From a bacterium (GTDB lineage Bacteria > Krumholzibacteriota > Krumholzibacteriia > LZORAL124-64-63), in the NCBI GenBank assembly GCA_016706845.1, contig JADJIV010000002.1, forward strand, positions 176,367 through 240,366: a stretch of 64,000 bases of DNA, read 5' to 3'. The position numbers and the translations under genes were made by a program. The stretch's first letter is position 1. Every line of letters starts with the position of its first letter. The notes below the pieces were generated by a model. That model made no database searches. It saw only the letters and a list, made by a program, of their open reading frames with translations, and was not told where the DNA came from. Below, one piece after another: positions 56,598-64,000 of this stretch.

Positions 56598-58385
56598 TCA
56601 ACGCACCAGCGTGACCCCACGGCGATAGTGCAGCCCCGCCGCCTCGAGCACGAAGGTGTAGACGCCCGAAGATGCGGGGCGGCCGGCGTCGTCGCGGCCG
56701 TCCCAGACCAGTTCCGCCGGACCCGCGGATTGCATGCCGCCGTCGAGCAGCCGGCGGACCAGGCGTCCGCGGGCGTCCATCACCGACAGGCGGACCGGCG
56801 CCGCATCGCGCAGTTCGAAGCGGAAGCTGACCGTCGGATTGAAGGGGTTCGGCCAGGGCGCCGGCACCAGCACGGGCGATGTCTGGGCTTCACCGGCGGC
56901 GGTGACCGGCGCCAGCAGGCGCAGCTCGTGGCGGACGACCGGCGCGGCGCGCGGCGACGACGCGGTGCGGCCCGACCCGTCGGCGGCCTGCACGTAGTAC
57001 TCGACGTCCGTGTCCGCGATCGGAGCGGGGATCAGGCCGGAGTGTATGCCCGCGCCTTCATCGGACATCGGCACGACGATCCAGTCGCCGCCGGTCTGGC
57101 GGTAGACCAGGTCCACGGAAGTCAGCGCTTCGCCGCTGTGGGCCTCGACGAGGACCCGCAGGTCCGCGGGACCGACGACCTCGTCGAGCGGTGGCGTGTG
57201 CTCCACACGCAGCATGCCGCGGTCGAACACGCCCATCGTGCGGCAGTGCAGCGCGTCGTCGGTGAGGAAGCCGCCGTAGGCGAAGCCGCGGACGTCGTGG
57301 CCGGGGGCGGCCGTGCGGTAGGCCTGCAGGGCGGCCGTGTCGCCGGCCGCGTTCCCGAACAGCGGCACGTAGATCCGGCGGTTCAGCAGCAGGCTGTTGG
57401 TGTAGGAGGCCGGGCTGCCGCCGCCGATGTCCTGGCAGACCACCCGGTGGACGCGGTAGTTGCGGCCGGTGGAGGCGGTGAGCGACGCCAGCAGCGTCGC
57501 GCGCTGCTCGAGCGCGGCGTAGGTGTGATGGGCGGGCCACACCTGCTTGACCAGGACCGTCTCCTCGTCCAGGAACTTGGCCCAGGTATCGATGTGGTGG
57601 ATGCCGCCGGATTCGATGTCTGTCACGACCGTGTACTGCTCGAGGCCGTAGTAGTCGGCCATCAGCTGGTCGACCCCGGCTTCGTCCAGGTCGTTGTACG
57701 CGGCGGCCTCGTCGTAGACCAGGCGCGTGGAGCTGCCGACGTGGGCGCCGTCGGTCATGTAGTTGCCGCCGGTGTGGTACATGTCGTGGCTGTGGACCGG
57801 CAGGGCCTGCTGCTGGGCGAAGTAGATGGGGATCAGATCGTCGTTCGGCCGGTAGGGCCGGTTGTAGGTGTGGTCCACGACCGCCAGCTCCCCCGCGCCG
57901 TCGAAGACGTACCAGGGGCCGTAGTCGCGCGTCCAGATCGAGTCGTTGGGCCTGACGAGGAACTGGACGCGGCCCATGTCCACGCCGTTGGCCGTCAGGT
58001 TGGATTGCGCCGCCGTCTGCGAGCTGCTGGACACCACGACGTGGAGCGTCACGACGTCGTCGAGGTCGCGCAGCAGGGCGTAGGGCAGACCGAGCGGGTA
58101 GCGGATCAGCACGCCGGTGGCGGGCTCCCATTCCGCGACGTTGCGCACCGGAGCTGCGGGCGGCGGGTCGGCGGCCGTGCCGCGCCGCGGCATGAGGTCC
58201 TCGCGCCCGAACCAGGCCTCGCGCTCGCGGAGCGTCTCGCGGCGGGGCAGCAGGTCTTCCAGGCCGTCGACGTCCCGCTCCGGCGGCGGGTCCCCGTCCG
58301 CGACCGCGACGGCCGGCGCCAGCCCCAGGGCCAGGACCAGGAACAGGATCAGCAGGCGCGGCGATACGGCAGCGGTGCGGTGCAT
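56598..58385 (-). CDS. Secreted agmatine-deiminase/Porphyromonas-type peptidyl-arginine deiminase (PAD_porph) family enzyme with C-terminal T9SS type-A sorting domain
   Basis: Signal peptide LLILFLVLALGLAPAVAVA. Family motifs WTRDYGPWYV, HTGGNYMTDG, IHHIDTW and the catalytic-Cys context GGFLTDDALHCRTMGV. CTD reads WPNPFNPTVSFRFELRDAAPVRLSVMDARGRLVRRLLDG...LVWDGRDDAGRPASSGVYTFVL. Confidence 0.75.
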   Translation of the reverse strand: MHRTAAVSPRLLILFLVLALGLAPAVAVADGDPPPERDVDGLEDLLPRRETLREREAWFGREDLMPRRGTAADPPPAAPVRNVAEWEPATGVLIRYPLGLPYALLRDLDDVVTLHVVVSSSSQTAAQSNLTANGVDMGRVQFLVRPNDSIWTRDYGPWYVFDGAGELAVVDHTYNRPYRPNDDLIPIYFAQQQALPVHSHDMYHTGGNYMTDGAHVGSSTRLVYDEAAAYNDLDEAGVDQLMADYYGLEQYTVVTDIESGGIHHIDTWAKFLDEETVLVKQVWPAHHTYAALEQRATLLASLTASTGRNYRVHRVVCQDIGGGSPASYTNSLLLNRRIYVPLFGNAAGDTAALQAYRTAAPGHDVRGFAYGGFLTDDALHCRTMGVFDRGMLRVEHTPPLDEVVGPADLRVLVEAHSGEALTSVDLVYRQTGGDWIVVPMSDEGAGIHSGLIPAPIADTDVEYYVQAADGSGRTASSPRAAPVVRHELRLLAPVTAAGEAQTSPVLVPAPWPNPFNPTVSFRFELRDAAPVRLSVMDARGRLVRRLLDGGMQSAGPAELVWDGRDDAGRPASSGVYTFVLEAAGLHYRRGVTLVR

Positions 58386-58525
58386 GGTGTGCCCTTTCAA
58401 GGCGATCGTGGCGACGGTGACCACGATGATACCACGCGGCGGGGACGCTGGCCAGGAACGCGGCGCGGCGGTGCCCGCGGCGCCCAGGATGTGCGGTGCG
58501 GCGCAGGCGCCGGCCGCGGCCTTGA

Positions 58526-59893
<1,368 letters not shown>

Positions 59894-59927
59894 GCGCCGC
59901 GGCCGGCGCCCGGTTCAAGGAGGAACC

Positions 59928-60353
59928 GTGGTCCGCATTCCAGGCATCCCGTCCGCGTCGCCGTCGTCGCGGCCGGTCCCGGCCTTCGCCCGCGGCGCTC
60001 CCGGCATGCGGGGTTCGCCCCTGCGGCGGCGCCTGCGCCTGTCCCTGCTGTGGCTCGGCGGCGCCGCGGTCCTGGTGCTGTCCTACACCACGCTGACCGG
60101 CGCCAACGGCCTGCGCACGTACCTGGACCTGCGCAGCGAGCGGCTCCGCCTCGAGCGGGAAGTGGCCGACCTGCAGCGGCGCCGCGCGGAGATCGAGACC
60201 GGCCTGGTCGCCCTGCGCGACACCTCGGACACCGAAACGCTGGAGCGGATCGCCCGCGAGAAGTACCGGATGCGGCGTCCGCAGGAGAAAGTCATCGAAA
60301 TCGTCGGCGAGGACGCACTGGCGCCGGCGCCCGGACCCGTCGCGGACGAATGA
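59928..60353 (+). CDS. ftsB: Cell-division protein FtsB/DivIC-like (septum formation initiator)
   Basis: Single TM LSLLWLGGAAVLVLSYTTL, then coiled coil LRLEREVADLQRRRAEIETGLVALRD. The conserved eno-ftsB synteny supports the call. Confidence 0.65.
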   Translation: MVRIPGIPSASPSSRPVPAFARGAPGMRGSPLRRRLRLSLLWLGGAAVLVLSYTTLTGANGLRTYLDLRSERLRLEREVADLQRRRAEIETGLVALRDTSDTETLERIAREKYRMRRPQEKVIEIVGEDALAPAPGPVADE

Positions 60354-60434
60354 CGGGCGGCTTGACAGTCCCGGACCGGCTCCCTATATTGGCCGCCCGT
60401 CGGCGAAGGCGCCGCGGCGGAAAGACGAACTGGA

Positions 60435-60511
<77 letters not shown>

Positions 60512-60523
60512 CATAGAAAGAGT

Positions 60524-60562
60524 CCCCGATGTCCTGTGAAAGGGCGCGGGGATTCTTTTTGC
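60524..60562 (+). terminator. Rho-independent terminator after tRNA (CCCCGatgtcctgtgaaagggCGCGGGG + TTCTTTTTG)
   Basis: GC-stem hairpin followed by a T-run. Confidence 0.6.
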
Positions 60563-60799
60563 TTTCAGCCCGCCGCTGCATCCCGCTCACGGAGGCAGCA
60601 CACCGTTGAACATCTCGCCTTGAACCGTTCATCGTCCCGCCGAGATCGCTCCCAACATGCCCAGGTGCGCCCCCGGTTCCAGTTGTGAAAAGGCGGTCGG
60701 CCGACCCGAACGGTGCGATTTTACTATGTACGGACTCCGAACAAAGTGTATGCTGTAACGATGCCAACGGTGTGCAACATGCCAAGGGAGTCCGAGAAG

Positions 60800-62692
60800 A
60801 TGATGTCCCCGAGAGCCCGCGCCCATGTCCAGGCCTTCGCCGTCGCGATCACCGTCCTGATTGGATTGGCGACGCCCGCCCTGGCCGCCTTCTCCCTCGT
60901 CTGGTCCGACGAGTTCGACGGAACGAGCCTCGACACGGGCAACTGGACCATCGACATCGGCGACGGCTGTCCCAACCTCTGCGGGTGGGGCAACGCCGAG
61001 CTCCAGTACTACCGGTCCCAGAACGTCGCGGTGTCCGGCGGCAACCTGATCCTCACGGCCCGCGACGAAGCCTACGGCGGCCGCCAGTTCACCTCGGGCA
61101 AGGTCCATACGCGGGGCAAGCACGCCTTCCTCTACGGCCGCATGGAGATGAGGGCCAAGATCCCCACCGGCGGCGGGATGTGGCCCGCCTTCTGGATGAT
61201 GCCGCAAGACGACGTCTACGGCGGCTGGGCCGCGAGCGGCGAGATCGACATCATGGAGTCGGCCAACGGCACGACCACCGTCGGCGGCGCGCTCCACTAC
61301 GGCGGAACCTGGCCCGCCAACACGAGCACCAGCAGTTCGTATTCCCTGGGCGGCGCCAACTTCGCCGACGCGTACCACGTCTACGCCGTCGAGTGGGAGC
61401 CCGAGCAGATCCGCTGGTACGTCGACGGGGTGCTCTTCTCCACAAGGTACAGCTGGCAGTGGTACTCCGACGGCGCTCCCGATAATCCCCTCGCGCCCTT
61501 CGATCAGGACTTCTACATCATCCTGAACGCGGCGGTCGGCGGCTACTACACCGGCTGCACGGATCCGGCCTGCGTCACCGCGACGCTGCCCCAGCAGTAC
61601 CTGATCGACTACGTGCGGGTCTACCAGGAGACGTCGAACCAGGCGCCTGCGGTCGCCATCACCTCGCCGACCGCGGCCGACGATCCGCCGGCCGGCGACA
61701 TCGTGATCGCCGCGACCGCCTCCGATCCCGACGGCAGCGTCGCGACCGTGGAATTCTACGCCGGCGCGACCTATCTGGGCGAGGACACGACGGCGCCGTA
61801 CAGCTTCACCTGGACCTCCGTCGCCGACGGTTGCTACACGATCGTCGCCCGCGCGATCGACGACCAGAGCGCCTTCGGTGAGGACGCGGTCGAGATCACC
61901 GTCGGGTCCGGTTGCGGCCAGGCGCCCTTCCACGGCACCCCGTTCGCCCTGCCGGCCAGGATCGAGGCCGAGGACTTCGACCTCGGCGGCGAGGGCGTCG
62001 CCTACCACGACACGGACCCGGGCAACAACGGCGCCCGGTACCGCCTCGCGGAGGCCGTGGACATCCAGGACTGTTCCGACGTGGGCGGCGGCTACAACCT
62101 GGGCTGGATCTACCAGGTGGAGTGGCTCGAGTACACGGTCGACGTGCCGGTGGCCGGCACGTACACGATCGACGTGCGCGTGGCGTCGCCGTCGCTGGGC
62201 GGCACGTTCCACCTCGAGTTCGCCGGCGTGGACCGGACCGGCGACGTCACGGTGCCGCCCACGGGCAACTGGCAGGCCTGGACCACCGTCTCCACCGCGG
62301 CGACCCTTCCCGCCGGCGTCCAGGTGATGCGATTCGTGCCGACGCTCCAGGGCTTCAACCTCAACTCCTTCGAGTTCGCATCGCCGACCGCCACGACCGA
62401 TCTTCCCGCGACGGGGCTCGCGCTCCACCCCTGCCGGCCGAATCCGTTCAACCCGGCGACGACCATCAGCTACGAGGTGCAGGATCCGGCGACGGTCGAT
62501 CTGGTCGTCTACGATGTGACGGGCAAGGTCGTCAGACGGCTGATCAGCGGCGAAGCGGTCGTCGCCGGTCGTCATGAGATCACCTGGGACGGTCGCAGCG
62601 ATGAGGGACATGCCGCTGCGGCCGGTGTCTATCTGTGCCGGCTCAGCGCGGGCGGCGACTCGCGGACCATCAGGATGGCCCTGGTGAAGTAG
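60800..62692 (+). CDS. Secreted glycoside hydrolase family 16 (beta-glucanase/laminarinase-like) + Ig-like + CBM6-like domain + C-terminal T9SS type-A sorting domain
   Basis: Signal peptide. GH16 catalytic motif GEIDIMES and flanking WPAFWMMP. Ig-like region ATASDPDGSVATVEFYAG. CBM6-like EAEDFDLGGEGVAYHDTD...GWIYQVEWLEYTV. CTD reads RPNPFNPATTISYEVQDPATVDLVVYDVTGKVVRRLISG...ITWDGRSDEGHAAAAGVYLCRL. Confidence 0.8.
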   Translation: MMSPRARAHVQAFAVAITVLIGLATPALAAFSLVWSDEFDGTSLDTGNWTIDIGDGCPNLCGWGNAELQYYRSQNVAVSGGNLILTARDEAYGGRQFTSGKVHTRGKHAFLYGRMEMRAKIPTGGGMWPAFWMMPQDDVYGGWAASGEIDIMESANGTTTVGGALHYGGTWPANTSTSSSYSLGGANFADAYHVYAVEWEPEQIRWYVDGVLFSTRYSWQWYSDGAPDNPLAPFDQDFYIILNAAVGGYYTGCTDPACVTATLPQQYLIDYVRVYQETSNQAPAVAITSPTAADDPPAGDIVIAATASDPDGSVATVEFYAGATYLGEDTTAPYSFTWTSVADGCYTIVARAIDDQSAFGEDAVEITVGSGCGQAPFHGTPFALPARIEAEDFDLGGEGVAYHDTDPGNNGARYRLAEAVDIQDCSDVGGGYNLGWIYQVEWLEYTVDVPVAGTYTIDVRVASPSLGGTFHLEFAGVDRTGDVTVPPTGNWQAWTTVSTAATLPAGVQVMRFVPTLQGFNLNSFEFASPTATTDLPATGLALHPCRPNPFNPATTISYEVQDPATVDLVVYDVTGKVVRRLISGEAVVAGRHEITWDGRSDEGHAAAAGVYLCRLSAGGDSRTIRMALVK

Positions 62693-62775
62693 GCCTCGTC
62701 GCCTGAACATCCGCTACCAAATGACGAGGACCCCGGCCGCGAGGCCGGGGTCCTCATCTTTTCTCCGGTTCCGGC

Positions 62776-64000
<1,225 letters not shown>

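Overview
This is a ~70% GC bacterial chromosomal segment, most likely from an uncultured member of the FCB/Gemmatimonadota-like lineages. It is densely coded, mostly on the minus strand. Protein identities come from motif recognition in the supplied six-frame ORF track; no database search was run.

Main contents, in order:
- aspS (partial) and hisS.
- Cell-envelope genes: YbbR-like protein, AMIN-LysM amidase, sigma-70 factor, HtrA.
- An M6-like secreted protein with a T9SS-type C-terminal sorting domain, followed by a FadL/PorV-like outer-membrane protein.
- A sigma54-controlled lipoprotein / aromatic-rich secreted protein operon, next to a 1029-aa TPR-GAF sigma54 activator.
- A second sigma54 response regulator, then rlmN, an Rrf2 regulator, mutY and fadD.
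- An M28 peptidase, ggt, rfbB, btpA and tdk.
- An HDOD-domain signalling protein and queD.
- A complete Bat/MoxR aerotolerance-type operon: moxR, DUF58, a TM protein, batA, a batB/C fusion, batD, batE and a GT39-TPR glycosyltransferase. The batB/C gene carries a perfect (CAG)37 poly-glutamine microsatellite.
- A DUF507 gene pair, a GT4 glycosyltransferase, an alginate-export-like outer-membrane protein, an aldolase, and TolB-like and TPR proteins.
- An ECF sigma / anti-sigma / bactofilin-repeat module, flanked by an HExxH protein and a PPAD-family deiminase that both carry T9SS sorting domains.
- eno, ftsB, initiator tRNA-fMet, a GH16-CBM6 glycoside hydrolase with the same sorting domain, and a partial ABC-F ATPase.

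Recurrent single-base frame disruptions, often at homopolymers, affect at least ten genes, including four in hisS. These look more like sequencing indels than true pseudogenes. Very long ORFs on the opposite strand are high-GC artefacts.
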